Of a stretch of 64,000 bases of DNA, positions 19,103 through 28,192 are shown in pieces. The stretch's first letter is position 1, and each line of letters opens with the position of its first letter. The notes under the pieces were generated by a model. It was not told where the DNA came from and did not search any database. It worked only from the letters and a program-made list of their open reading frames with translations. The DNA is from a bacterium. GTDB taxonomy: Bacteria; Patescibacteriota; Patescibacteriia; Patescibacteriales; GWC2-42-12. The DNA lies in assembly GCA_030650415.1 (NCBI GenBank), contig JAUSEG010000017.1, positions 16,885 through 80,884 on the forward strand. Reading direction: 5' to 3'. The position numbers were made by a program, and so were the translations under genes.

Positions 19103-20389
19103 ATGGATAAGGTTGATTTACCCGGCCAAATCATCACTCCGAAGAAACGCCGTAAAAGTAAAGTTTTGGGCGTTGTTTTATTATGTCTGATAATACTCGC
19201 CGTTTCTTTTAATGGCGGCATGATTTTCGCGCAGAAAAATGAGTTTATTAAATCGGCGAGCCTTAAGGAAGCTAATTACGCTGGCGGGGTTTATAATAAG
19301 TATGTAACGGCGCCGGCCAACAAGCTAACGCAGGACGTGGATTTTAATTTGTTCTGGAATGTCTGGGACATGCTTAAAGAAAAATATGTTGATAGGGATA
19401 AATTAGACGATAAAAAAATGTTTTATGGGGCGCTCAAAGGCTTGGTTCAATCAACCGGCGATCCTTACACCGTTTATATGGAGCCGAAATTAGCTAAAGA
19501 ATTTTCTAATGATTTGGCCGGAACCTTTGAAGGCATTGGCGCGGAAATCGGCAAGAAGAATGAAATTATAACTATTATCGCGCCGCTCGCCGACATGCCG
19601 GCGGAAAAAGCCGGTTTAAAATCCGGTGATAAAATTTATGCGATTGACGGCCAATCAACAGCCGGTTTGGAAATTGATGAAGCGGTCAGTAAAATCCGCG
19701 GCGCCAAAGGAACAGAAGTCACTCTAACTATTTACAGAGAAGGCTTTGAAGCCACTAAAGATTTTAAGATTACCAGGGACGCCATAATAGTTAAGAGCAT
19801 CAGAACCGAAATGTGGGATGATAAAATTTTTGTCATTACCATAACTAATTTTAACGACGATACGTCGGATTTGTTTAAGCGGGCGGTGCAATCGGCCGTG
19901 GAGAAAAATCCCAAAGGCATAATTTTAGATTTAAGGAATAATCCGGGCGGTTATCTTGAAACCGCTATTGACGTGGCCAGCGAATGGATTGAAAAAGGCG
20001 TGGTTGTTACCGAGCAGTTTAGTCCGGAGAAAAAAAATGAATATTTAAATCGCGGCCGGGCGCGCTTAAAAGATTATCCGACAGTGGTTCTAGTCAATCA
20101 GGGTAGCGCTTCGGCTTCGGAAATCGTGACCGGCGCGTTAAAGGATTATAAGAAAGCCACGGTTGTCGGCAAGAAGACTTTTGGCAAGGGTTCGGTTCAA
20201 ACTTTAGAAGAGCTTCAGGATAGCTCCTCGGTAAAAATTACCGTGGCTAAGTGGCTTACTCCAGGCGGCTATAATATTAACGAGCAAGGCATTATGCCTG
20301 ATATAGAAGTTGATTTTACCGCGGATGATTATGAAAAAAGCAAAGATCCGCAGATGGCTAAGGCGATAGAAATATTAAATAAGAAATAG
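19103..20389 (+). CDS. C-terminal processing protease (S41, CtpA-like)
   Basis: GIGA, PDZ, DLRNNPGG, SASASE, TFGKGSVQ. Confidence 0.93.
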   Translation: MDKVDLPGQIITPKKRRKSKVLGVVLLCLIILAVSFNGGMIFAQKNEFIKSASLKEANYAGGVYNKYVTAPANKLTQDVDFNLFWNVWDMLKEKYVDRDKLDDKKMFYGALKGLVQSTGDPYTVYMEPKLAKEFSNDLAGTFEGIGAEIGKKNEIITIIAPLADMPAEKAGLKSGDKIYAIDGQSTAGLEIDEAVSKIRGAKGTEVTLTIYREGFEATKDFKITRDAIIVKSIRTEMWDDKIFVITITNFNDDTSDLFKRAVQSAVEKNPKGIILDLRNNPGGYLETAIDVASEWIEKGVVVTEQFSPEKKNEYLNRGRARLKDYPTVVLVNQGSASASEIVTGALKDYKKATVVGKKTFGKGSVQTLEELQDSSSVKITVAKWLTPGGYNINEQGIMPDIEVDFTADDYEKSKDPQMAKAIEILNKK

Positions 20390-20395
20390 ATAATT

Positions 20396-20606
20396 GTCAT
20401 TGCGAGCGACCATCTTCCTTTTGTCATTCCGGCCTCCGCCAGCAGGCGGAGAGCCTGCTCCGGCAGGCGAAGCCGGAATCCAGAAATTTGTTCGTGGCAC
20501 TGAATTCTGGATTCTCATGGCTACGCCAGATCTCGCGTAGCGATGACCGCCTGCGCGGGAATGACAAAGAGGAGATTGCTTCGTCGCTGAAGCTCCTCGC
20601 AATGAC
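20396..20606. repeat. Multiply nested REP-like cluster
   Basis: Outer gtcattgcgag...ctcgcaatgac, inner gtcattcc...ggaatgac, plus 16-bp and 32-bp palindromes. Confidence 0.85.
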
Positions 20607-20620
20607 AGAAATATTTTAAT

Positions 20621-22270
20621 ATGGCAAACAAAAAAGCAGGCAGGGAGGTCAAGTACATTTTTGTCGTCGGCGGCGTAATGTCGGGTGTTGGCAAGGGCAT
20701 TACTTGCGCCTCGATCGGCCGGATTTTAGTTTCTAAAGGTTATAACGTCAGCGCCATAAAAATCGACCCATATATAAATGTGGATGCCGGCACCATGAAT
20801 CCGGTTGAGCACGGTGAAGTCTTCGTTACCGAAGACGGCGACGAGACCGATCAGGACGTTGGCAATTATGAAAGATTTTTAAACAAGAATATTTATCGAG
20901 AAAATTACATGACTACCGGCCGGATTTATTCCGCCGTTATAGCTAAAGAACGCAACCTCGAGTACGGCGGTAGATGCGTGCAGGTTGTGCCCGATATTCC
21001 TAATGAGGTTATAAAAAGAATTAAAAATGCCGCCGAGAAGAATAAAGTTGAAATAATGCTCATAGAAATCGGCGGCACGGTCGGCGAATATGAAAATCTG
21101 CTATTTTTAGAAGCGGCCAGAATTATGCATCTGGCTGATCCGGAAAATGTTTTATTTATTATGGTGTCATACCTGCCGGTGCCGTCAATCATCGGCGAGA
21201 TGAAGACCAAACCGACCCAGCACGCGGTCAGAGCGCTTAATTCGGCCGGCATTCAGCCGGATTTTATCGTGGCTCGTTCGATCGCCACGGTTGACGCGCC
21301 GCGCCGCCGGAAGCTGGCAATTTTTTGCAATATCCAGGAGAGCGACGTTATTAGCGCGCCGGACATAAAATCAATTTATGAAGTGCCGATTAATTTTGAA
21401 AAAGACAATTTAGGCGAGAGAATTCTAGAAAAATTCGGCCTGCCCGGAAAGAAAAAAGATTTAATTGATTGGCGGAAAATGGTAAAGAAGATTAAAAATG
21501 CCAAAAAGACGGTTAATATAGGCATAGTGGGAAAATATTTTTCGACCGGCGATTTTTGCCTGACCGATTCCTATATCTCCGTGATTGAAGCGATCAAGCA
21601 TGCCGGCGGAGCCAATAATTGCCAGCCGATTCTTCACTGGATAAACGCCGAAGATGTGGAAAAACAAGGGGTTAAAATTTTAAAGAAGCTTGACGGCATA
21701 ATCGTGCCCCAGGGCTGGGGTTCGCGCGGCGCTGAAGGCAAGATTAAAACCATTAAATACGCGCGCGAGAATAAGGTGCCGTATTTCGGTTTGTGCTACG
21801 GCATGCAGATGGCGGTGATTGAGTTCGGCCGCGACGTTTTAGGCTTTAAGGGGGCAAATAGTGAAGAGGTTGACCCGAAAACCGCTTACCCGGTAATTCA
21901 TATTATGCCCGGCCAGAAAGAATTGATTGCTAAAAAACAATATGGCGGAACGATACGTTTAGGCGGCTGGCCATGTAAAATTGTTCCCGGAACGCATTTG
22001 GCATCCGCTTACGCTAAGTTCGGCAAGAAGGGGACTATCTCGGAGCGTCATAGGCATAGGTATGAATTTAATAACTTATATCGCGAGCAATATGAAGAAG
22101 CCGGTTTGCGCGTCGCCGGCACTTCGCCGGACGGAAAAATTGTCGAAGCGATTGAAATTACCAATCATCCATTCTTTATCGGCACGCAATTTCATCCGGA
22201 ATATATTTCCCGTCCGCTTGACCCGCATCCCTTGTTCGTAGAGTTTATTAGGGTGTGCGGGAAGAAATAG
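20621..22270 (+). CDS. pyrG: CTP synthase
   Basis: GGVMSGVGKG, KIDPY+N+D.GTM, KTKPTQH, GLCYGMQ, RHRHRYE, QFHPE. Confidence 0.97.
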   Translation: MANKKAGREVKYIFVVGGVMSGVGKGITCASIGRILVSKGYNVSAIKIDPYINVDAGTMNPVEHGEVFVTEDGDETDQDVGNYERFLNKNIYRENYMTTGRIYSAVIAKERNLEYGGRCVQVVPDIPNEVIKRIKNAAEKNKVEIMLIEIGGTVGEYENLLFLEAARIMHLADPENVLFIMVSYLPVPSIIGEMKTKPTQHAVRALNSAGIQPDFIVARSIATVDAPRRRKLAIFCNIQESDVISAPDIKSIYEVPINFEKDNLGERILEKFGLPGKKKDLIDWRKMVKKIKNAKKTVNIGIVGKYFSTGDFCLTDSYISVIEAIKHAGGANNCQPILHWINAEDVEKQGVKILKKLDGIIVPQGWGSRGAEGKIKTIKYARENKVPYFGLCYGMQMAVIEFGRDVLGFKGANSEEVDPKTAYPVIHIMPGQKELIAKKQYGGTIRLGGWPCKIVPGTHLASAYAKFGKKGTISERHRHRYEFNNLYREQYEEAGLRVAGTSPDGKIVEAIEITNHPFFIGTQFHPEYISRPLDPHPLFVEFIRVCGKK

Positions 22271-22394
22271 CTATCATTGCGGGCTTGACCCGCAATCCAG
22301 TTTTTTGCTGATGCTAAAAAAAAACGGATTATTTGACATCCGACTAAGTGGACGAGTATAATATAAACATAATAATTTATTTTCAATCATAAAT

Positions 22395-22747
22395 ATGGCA
22401 AATAATATGACAATTGATGAATTGGCCGGAATGATAAAAGGAGAATTTGATAATGTTGGTGGAAAATTTGATAAAGTTAACGGTCGTTTTGATAAAATTG
22501 AAAGTGAAATGGCAAAAGGCTTTAAAGAATTAAAGGATGATCATGAGAAGCTTGAATTAAAAGTATCCAATGCCTGCCCTGTTAGATAAGTTTGATTTAT
22601 TGGAAAAATAAATTATTTAAATATATCGCTGTGATTAATTTGTGAAATATAAAGTCAATTTATCTAACGGGGTGAACCTATCGCTTTGAGTTGGTTGAAT
22701 TGCAAAAACGAGTGGAACTTTTAGAAAAGAAGGTTTTAAAGAGTTAA
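22395..22747 (+). pseudogene. Small coiled-coil protein gene interrupted by a 104-bp palindromic element
   Basis: Deleting 22573-22676 gives an 82-aa ORF ending ...KVSNAYRFELVELQKRVELLEKKVLKS. Confidence 0.7.
22573..22676. mobile_element. Palindromic miniature element CCTG-CCCTGTTAGATAA...TTATCTAACGGGG-TGAA
   Basis: Terminal inverted repeats; interrupts an ORF. Confidence 0.75.
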
Positions 22748-22782
22748 AGAGCTGGCTTAAAAAAATAATAAAGAGAAATAAT

Positions 22783-23145
22783 ATGCTAGAGGAAAAAGAT
22801 ATTCAATCTATCGGAGAGTTGCTTGATAAAAAGTTAAAGAATCAAAAGGATGAAATTGTAGCTGAAATAGGGTCGGCAACGAGTGAAGCCTTTAGCGCTG
22901 TTGAAAGCAGTTTAGGAAAGCTTGAAACTAAGGTTGATAAATTAAGCGAAGAAATGTCGCTTCGTCCGACTTTAAATCAAATCATGAATTGGGGAGACAA
23001 AAAAATAGTCGCGCTGGAATTGGATATGGACAAGGTAAAGTATCTTCATCAAGAAGAGTTTAATAAACTGCCGCCGCAGGCGGAAATTAGCCGGAGATTG
23101 GTTGAATGCGGTTTAAAAGAAAAAACAGCGCATCCGGTTAAATGA
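22783..23145 (+). CDS. Hypothetical coiled-coil protein
   Basis: 120-aa ORF with heptad character. Confidence 0.65.
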   Translation: MLEEKDIQSIGELLDKKLKNQKDEIVAEIGSATSEAFSAVESSLGKLETKVDKLSEEMSLRPTLNQIMNWGDKKIVALELDMDKVKYLHQEEFNKLPPQAEISRRLVECGLKEKTAHPVK

Positions 23146-23158
23146 TTTAATCATCTCT

Positions 23159-23287
23159 AAAAAAGCAAGCCCTTAATTAGGCTTGCTTTTTATATTTTCA
23201 GAAGTTTTATTTCGCTTGCGGTATTACGTTAACGATCTTGGTGGATACCAGCTCGCTATCATATTTCTTGATTTTCTTAGTGGTAAA
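23159..23287 (-). pseudogene. Duplicated 3' end of rpmA plus terminator
   Basis: Encodes [26 protein letters not shown] vs rpm[27 protein letters not shown]; terminator also duplicated; offset 2530 bp. Confidence 0.9.
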
Positions 23288-23559
23288 AATGCGGGCTCGG
23301 ACACGACAGAATCTAGATTTTCATATTGGAATGCGAAGGCGGAGGCTTTTTGAAAAAGTAAAATGGTGGTTGATTCAAAAATCAAAAAAAACCGAGCATC
23401 TCCAGTCGAGACACCCGGTCAAATGGTTACCCTAAGGGCATCCTAAAAAACTCGTCCGGTTGAAATTGTTTACACCGATGAACTTTGCTCTACGGATTCA
23501 CAAATTTATTGCAAACCCGATAAAGCAGGGAACCGAAGTTCCCTGAAACCGTCCGACCA

Positions 23560-23988
23560 TCAATTTAATGACGGGTCGACGGGCGTGACGGGAAGGCGAG
23601 GTGTTTGCGCTTTTGGTGCTTGCAGAACTGCCGTCATCAGTTTCGCAACTAGAATTGTTTCGGTGATGATGCAAAGCACAATCCCCAAAAAACAATTCCA
23701 GAACCTCGAGGGTGGACTGCCTCCAAGCATCCACGCATACCCAACAAAGCTCACAAAGAGCCCGACCAGTAGCACCACATAAAGCCGCTGGCGAAATTGC
23801 CTCTTGGCAAGTGCAAGGCTTACGCCCGCACCGATTCCCACAAATAATGTGGTGCGTGCCTCCCAAAGAGCCTTCGGCCAACTTTGGAGTTCGTCGAGCG
23901 CGAAGCTCGCTGTGAAAAACAGACCGCCCAAACCACAGGCGATTGTTCCGACAATTAACAGACCGATTTTGGTGTTTTTAGTATTCAT
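23560..23988 (-). CDS. Hypothetical 4-TM membrane protein
   Basis: MNTKNTKIGLLIVG... 142 aa with hydrophobic helices, just downstream of repeat 24039-24094. Confidence 0.6.
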   Translation of the reverse strand: MNTKNTKIGLLIVGTIACGLGGLFFTASFALDELQSWPKALWEARTTLFVGIGAGVSLALAKRQFRQRLYVVLLVGLFVSFVGYAWMLGGSPPSRFWNCFLGIVLCIITETILVAKLMTAVLQAPKAQTPRLPVTPVDPSLN

Positions 23989-24189
23989 GCAATTTGCCGC
24001 CGTGCCATCACACCGAAGCAAGTTGCATGAATACTTGTTTAAAAGAACAAACTCTATGAATCCACCACACTTTGATGGACTCAATTGAGTGGGAGATTTA
24101 TTTTGAAATCCCCCAAGATTTTGTGATGATTCTGTTGCCAGGTAATCACTCTACCCCGCGTGCCGAAGCCGCAGTGGAGCCGCTTTGGG

Positions 24190-24336
24190 CTAGGCCAGCA
24201 TGGACTCAGGCACAACCTTGAAGTTGGCCTCATCCACTGCCGCGCAATCATTCCGAAAGTCGCAGGCTTCGTCAAACAAAGCGAACGGCCCGGAATCCAG
24301 CATCCCATCGCGGGTGATGTAAAACGGAGCTTCCAC
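24190..24336 (-). CDS. 48-aa small protein
   Basis: Strong SD AAGGAGGTGA before GTG; MEAPFYITRDGMLDSGPFALFDEACDFRNDCAAVDEANFKVVPESMLA. Confidence 0.6.
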   Translation of the reverse strand: MEAPFYITRDGMLDSGPFALFDEACDFRNDCAAVDEANFKVVPESMLA

Positions 24337-24532
24337 TCTTCTCACCTCCTTTCTTAAAGAACTGAACTCTATGAATCCGCAAAACTTTTTGTGGACTCAA
24401 TAAAGTGGATCAAAAGCTTGATCCGTTTCTCACAACTTTTTCTGGCATGTGACGCACAGGGATTTTTCATAATTTCCAACGCCTTCTTTTATTTATTCTC
24501 GCCGGAGGATTTCGAGTCAGGAAGTAGCCCAC

Positions 24533-24736
24533 CTACTTAATGAACCGTCGTAACCACTTGGGAATTTCCCAAAAGATTACGCAGGTCACTTCGTAAGGGT
24601 GGTGCTCACCTAATGTCTCGCGTTCACGACGCTCTGAATGGTACTTCGATTCATAAGCATCATTCTCGCTTTGACATCCGATGGACACCTGGCCACCTTT
24701 CCGCTTCGCCACATATGCAGTATGCAGCATCTGCAA
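24533..24736 (-). CDS. Hypothetical small protein
   Basis: 67-aa ORF directly after repeat 24770-24822. Confidence 0.35.
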   Translation of the reverse strand: MQMLHTAYVAKRKGGQVSIGCQSENDAYESKYHSERRERETLGEHHPYEVTCVIFWEIPKWLRRFIK

Positions 24737-24862
24737 CCAGCGCCACCACTTCTGGGCTTTACTGGTTTCTTCAAAGAACTCTATGAATCCACCACATCTA
24801 TGATGAACTCAATAAAATGGGAATGTTTGTTTGGCACATTCCCGAAAGCCGATTGAAACTGG

Positions 24863-25447
24863 TCAAGAAGATGGTTTTGTTTCAGTGACACTGACCATCT
24901 TTTGAAATCCTTCCTCGGTTACGAGGCCGGAGGCGATAGCCAGAGACGCGGCGGATCGTGCCGCACCTATACCGAAACCTCGCCTTTTCCCATTCATCTT
25001 TCCGAAGATGAATTGCGCCACTCGCTCCTGAAAGTCGATCTCCTCTGTCTGGTATTCAAGGCCGTGTTCAATAAAAAACCCGCTAATTAGACGAACGGCT
25101 TTTTTACCAACACCGCGGTAGTGAAGAAGCTGATAGTCGCTTTTACCACGGATGTCGCCGACTCGCTCAAACCCACACTTCGCCAACGGTCCAACGACCG
25201 AACCGGGGAAGACCTCTTCCAGCCGTAACATGTACAGCCCGACCCTGTCTCCCTTCAGCTTCTTTAATTTATTGGCTCGGGCGATTCGGGTTTCTGCCTC
25301 TTGGCGAATAGAACGTATCCGAGAAGAGGTAACCTTGAACCGATCAGCAATTGCCCTTACTTTCTCTCCGTTCGTCATTGCCGTCACAACGGCTTTTTCC
25401 CGATGGGTCAAGATTTCTAGGTTTTCGGCGCTGATATTAGTATTCAT
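24863..25447 (-). CDS. Sigma-70 region-4-like HTH fused to RNA polymerase alpha-CTD-like domain
   Basis: 'LTHREK.VV...IADRFKVTSSRIRSI' then 'L.KCGFERVGD+..KSD.QLL.YRGVGKKA...I...GL'. Confidence 0.7.
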   Translation of the reverse strand: MNTNISAENLEILTHREKAVVTAMTNGEKVRAIADRFKVTSSRIRSIRQEAETRIARANKLKKLKGDRVGLYMLRLEEVFPGSVVGPLAKCGFERVGDIRGKSDYQLLHYRGVGKKAVRLISGFFIEHGLEYQTEEIDFQERVAQFIFGKMNGKRRGFGIGAARSAASLAIASGLVTEEGFQKMVSVTETKPSS

Positions 25448-25572
25448 TGTTTTCCTTTTGTTTTTGTTGTTTGGTTAATTGTGAATCTAAAACCGGAAAA
25501 ATTCGAGTTCAAATTCACAATCAACCCAAAAGGAAAAAACTTAAGAATTCAAATTTAACTAGAGCATAAAAT

Positions 25573-25601
25573 AATATAGCATATCTCATTCTGTTTGTCA
25601 A
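25573..25601 (-). promoter_or_regulatory. Sigma70 promoter of the islet
   Basis: TTGACA-N17-TATATT with TG extended -10. Confidence 0.6.
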
Positions 25602-25736
25602 TACAAGTGGCAGTAAAATTATATATTTTAACTAAAATTAGCTAATTTATATTAATAGATTACGGATCAGAGGTCGCAATGACAATAAAAAAAGCAAGCC
25701 CAATTAAGAGTTTGCTTTTTTGTATTTTCAAAAGTT

Positions 25737-26021
25737 TTATTTCATTTGCGGTATGACATTGACGATTTTAGTGGCTACCAGTTTGCCATCGTATTTTTTT
25801 ATTTTTTTGGTGGTAAAGGTGACGAACCCGGCCACCATAGAGAATAGGGTATCGTCCTTGCCTTTTTCCACATTCTTGCCCGGCCGGTACTTAGTGCCGC
25901 GCTGGCGGATGATGATTGATCCGATTTTAGCGTAGCCGCCATCTTGGATTTTTACACCCAATCTTTTGCTTTGCGAATCGCGGCCGTAGACGGTTGAGCC
26001 GCCGGCTTTTTTATGCGCCAT
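25737..26021 (-). CDS. rpmA: 50S ribosomal protein L27
   Basis: [21 protein letters not shown]...IIIRQRGTK. Confidence 0.98.
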   Translation of the reverse strand: MAHKKAGGSTVYGRDSQSKRLGVKIQDGGYAKIGSIIIRQRGTKYRPGKNVEKGKDDTLFSMVAGFVTFTTKKIKKYDGKLVATKIVNVIPQMK

Positions 26022-26108
26022 ATGATAATAAATTAAAAATAAAGGTCAAAAACAGTTGCTATTTTTGACTATTTTAATATAACAAATGCCTATATGAATG
26101 TCAAGGGC

Positions 26109-26164
26109 TTGACATAAATTTACGGCATGTTATTATATGAATACCAACTAATTTAGTAGGAGAT
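26109..26164 (+). promoter_or_regulatory. Promoter and putative Rrf2/IscR-type operator
   Basis: TTGACA...TGnTATTAT followed by palindrome ATACCAACTAATTTAGTAGGAGAT. Confidence 0.5.
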
Positions 26165-26170
26165 TAAAAT

Positions 26171-26977
26171 ATGCTGGAAAGTTCTATAATATCATTCAGA
26201 GAAATCTTGGAAGCCTCTTTAGTAATCGGCATTGTTTTGAGTTATTTGGTTAAGATAAAACAAACTAAATACAATAATGTCGTTTATCTGGGCGTGGTCG
26301 CCGGCATAAGCGCGAGCATAGTCGGCGCTTTGATATTTAATCAAGTTGCCGGCGGATTTACCGGCCGAGCCGAGCAAATATTCGAAGGGATTACCATGCT
26401 GGTTGGCGCTTTTCTTTTGACCACCATGATATTATGGATGATGAAGCGGAAGCATGTTGCCAAAGAGCTGGAAGACAAAGTGACTGCGGAAATAAGCGAA
26501 GCGCATAAATTTGGTTTATTTTTATTAGTTTTTGTCGCTGTCTTAAGAGAAGGCATAGAAACAGTTATTTTTTTGGGAGCGGCCAGTTTTACTTCAACCG
26601 GCAATAGTTTGATTGGGGCTTTAGCCGGAATAGTGGCGGCGATTTTATTGGGCTACGCTATATTCGTTGGCTCGATGAAAGTCAATTTAAAAAAGTTTTT
26701 TAATATCACCAGCATATTATTAATTTTTTTTGCCGCCGGATTGGTCGCGCACGGGATTCATGAATTTGAGGAAGCCGGCATAATTCCCATAGTCATAGAG
26801 CAGGTCTGGGACACTAACTCTATCATAGATGAAAATGGGATGGTCGGCGGCGTCTTAAAGGGGCTATTCGGGTATAATGGCAATCCTTCATTAATCGAAG
26901 TGTCAGGTTATTTAATTTATCTGTTCTCTATCTTTACGCTTTGGAGGAACATAGAAAAAGTTCATAAAGTAATTTAA
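26171..26977 (+). CDS. FTR1-family iron permease
   Basis: Two RExxE motifs (REILE, REGIE). Confidence 0.92.
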   Translation: MLESSIISFREILEASLVIGIVLSYLVKIKQTKYNNVVYLGVVAGISASIVGALIFNQVAGGFTGRAEQIFEGITMLVGAFLLTTMILWMMKRKHVAKELEDKVTAEISEAHKFGLFLLVFVAVLREGIETVIFLGAASFTSTGNSLIGALAGIVAAILLGYAIFVGSMKVNLKKFFNITSILLIFFAAGLVAHGIHEFEEAGIIPIVIEQVWDTNSIIDENGMVGGVLKGLFGYNGNPSLIEVSGYLIYLFSIFTLWRNIEKVHKVI

Positions 26978-27016
26978 CCCCCCTTCCCCCTTTTGAAGGG
27001 GGTCAATAAAGTAAAT

Positions 27017-27418
27017 ATGATATTTTCCACTCGTTCAACTTACGGCTTGAGGGCGATGATAAACCTGGGCAGACAGGAGAAGCTCGGCAGCGTTTCTTTA
27101 ACCGCCATCGCCAAGGAAGAAAATATTTCTTTAAAATATCTGGAAAGGCTGTTTTCCAATCTGAAAAAAGCCGGCTTGGTTAAGTCGGTGAAGGGCGCGT
27201 CAGGCGGTTATTCCTTAGCCAGCCAAGCCGGGCAAATTAATATTTATGATATAATTAAAGCGCTGGAAGGCGAGCTTAATCCTTTCCACTGCACCGGTAA
27301 AAATGAAAAAATTTATTGCAACAGCCGGTGCAACTGCGAAGTTACTTATGTTCTTTCAAGAGTGGAAGAAGCTATCAGCCGGAGCTTAAAAGATATAAAA
27401 TTAGATCAACTATTATGA
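27017..27418 (+). CDS. Rrf2-family (IscR-like) regulator
   Basis: 'YGLRAM', 'S..YLE.LF..L+KAGLV.S.+G..GGY.L', C-terminal Cys residues. Confidence 0.9.
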   Translation: MIFSTRSTYGLRAMINLGRQEKLGSVSLTAIAKEENISLKYLERLFSNLKKAGLVKSVKGASGGYSLASQAGQINIYDIIKALEGELNPFHCTGKNEKIYCNSRCNCEVTYVLSRVEEAISRSLKDIKLDQLL

Positions 27419-28155
27419 AAATTTTAGCCGTAGTTATAAGTTTGTTAATATTCGCCACTCCGGCTTTGGCCGAAAATAAATTAGATAGCGATAACGACGG
27501 CGTGCCGGATAAAGATGAAATAGAAATTTATCATACTGATCCGAATAAGGCAGATACCGACGGCGACGGCTATAACGATTGGCGGGAATTAAATACCGGG
27601 TTCTCTCCACACAACCCGGCACAAGTGAAACTGGCGGATAATGACGCAGACAGCGACGGCTTGTCTGACAGAATGGAATTAAATTTTTATACCGATTTGA
27701 CTAACCCCGACACCGACGACGACGGCTATAAGGACGGAGAGGAAATAAAAACCGGTTACGATCCCTTGAATCCCCAAAGAGTAAAATTAACTAAAAAAAT
27801 TGAAGTTAATACCGGCCGAGAGCAAAAATTATATTATTTTTTAAGCGATGTCAGGATGGGAGAATTTAAAATTTCTTCCGGGAAAGCCAGTACAGCCACG
27901 CCCAAAGGAAATTTTAAGATAGACGGAAAAGCTTTGCGAGCTTGGTCAAGCTATGGACTTTGGATGCCCTACTGGATGAGTTTAAAAAACGGCTATTTCG
28001 GCATTCATGAATTGCCGGTTTGGCCAAACGGGGTTAAGGAAGGAGAAAATCATTTAGGCCTACCGGTTTCTCACGGCTGTATAAGGCTGGGCGTCGGGCC
28101 GGCAAAATTTTTATATGATTGGGCGCCGATCGGCACGGCAGTGAAGATATATTAG
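27415..28155 (+). CDS. L,D-transpeptidase (YkuD) with DxDxDG calcium-binding-like repeats
   Basis: Signal peptide; DSDNDG/DTDGDG repeats; 'GIH...SHGCIRL'. Confidence 0.88.
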   Translation: MKILAVVISLLIFATPALAENKLDSDNDGVPDKDEIEIYHTDPNKADTDGDGYNDWRELNTGFSPHNPAQVKLADNDADSDGLSDRMELNFYTDLTNPDTDDDGYKDGEEIKTGYDPLNPQRVKLTKKIEVNTGREQKLYYFLSDVRMGEFKISSGKASTATPKGNFKIDGKALRAWSSYGLWMPYWMSLKNGYFGIHELPVWPNGVKEGENHLGLPVSHGCIRLGVGPAKFLYDWAPIGTAVKIY

Positions 28156-28192
28156 GTTATCAAAAAATTGAGAATTATTATAAAAAAATTAA

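Larger units (their letters stand above)
24039..24822 (-). repeat. Three ~55-bp hairpin + boxA-like repeats (24039-24094, 24354-24409, 24770-24822)
   Basis: Shared TTGAGTYCAYM...GYGGATTCATAGAGTT...GTTCTTT on the minus strand. Confidence 0.85.
23288..25687. mobile_element. Genomic islet inserted at the rpmA 3' end
   Basis: Bounded by the duplicated rpmA end; GC-richer interior; no integrase visible. Confidence 0.65.

Noticed and set aside
20375..20602. Short ORFs over REP clusters (also 10557-10766, 18109-18303, 48574-48780)
   Set aside because: Translations of palindromic repeats with no coding support
23498..24357. Overlapping alternative ORFs in the islet (23498-23881, 23585-23782, 23804-24088, 24081-24308, 24160-24357)
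   Set aside because: Overlap better-supported minus-strand ORFs and lack SD or motif support
24039..24822. CRISPR array or integron attC array
   Set aside because: Spacers are hundreds of bp and contain ORFs; no cas or integrase gene; no RYYYAAC/GTTRRRY ends recognised
27481..27775. DNA repeat array in the L,D-transpeptidase gene
   Set aside because: Explained by protein-level DxDxDG repeats
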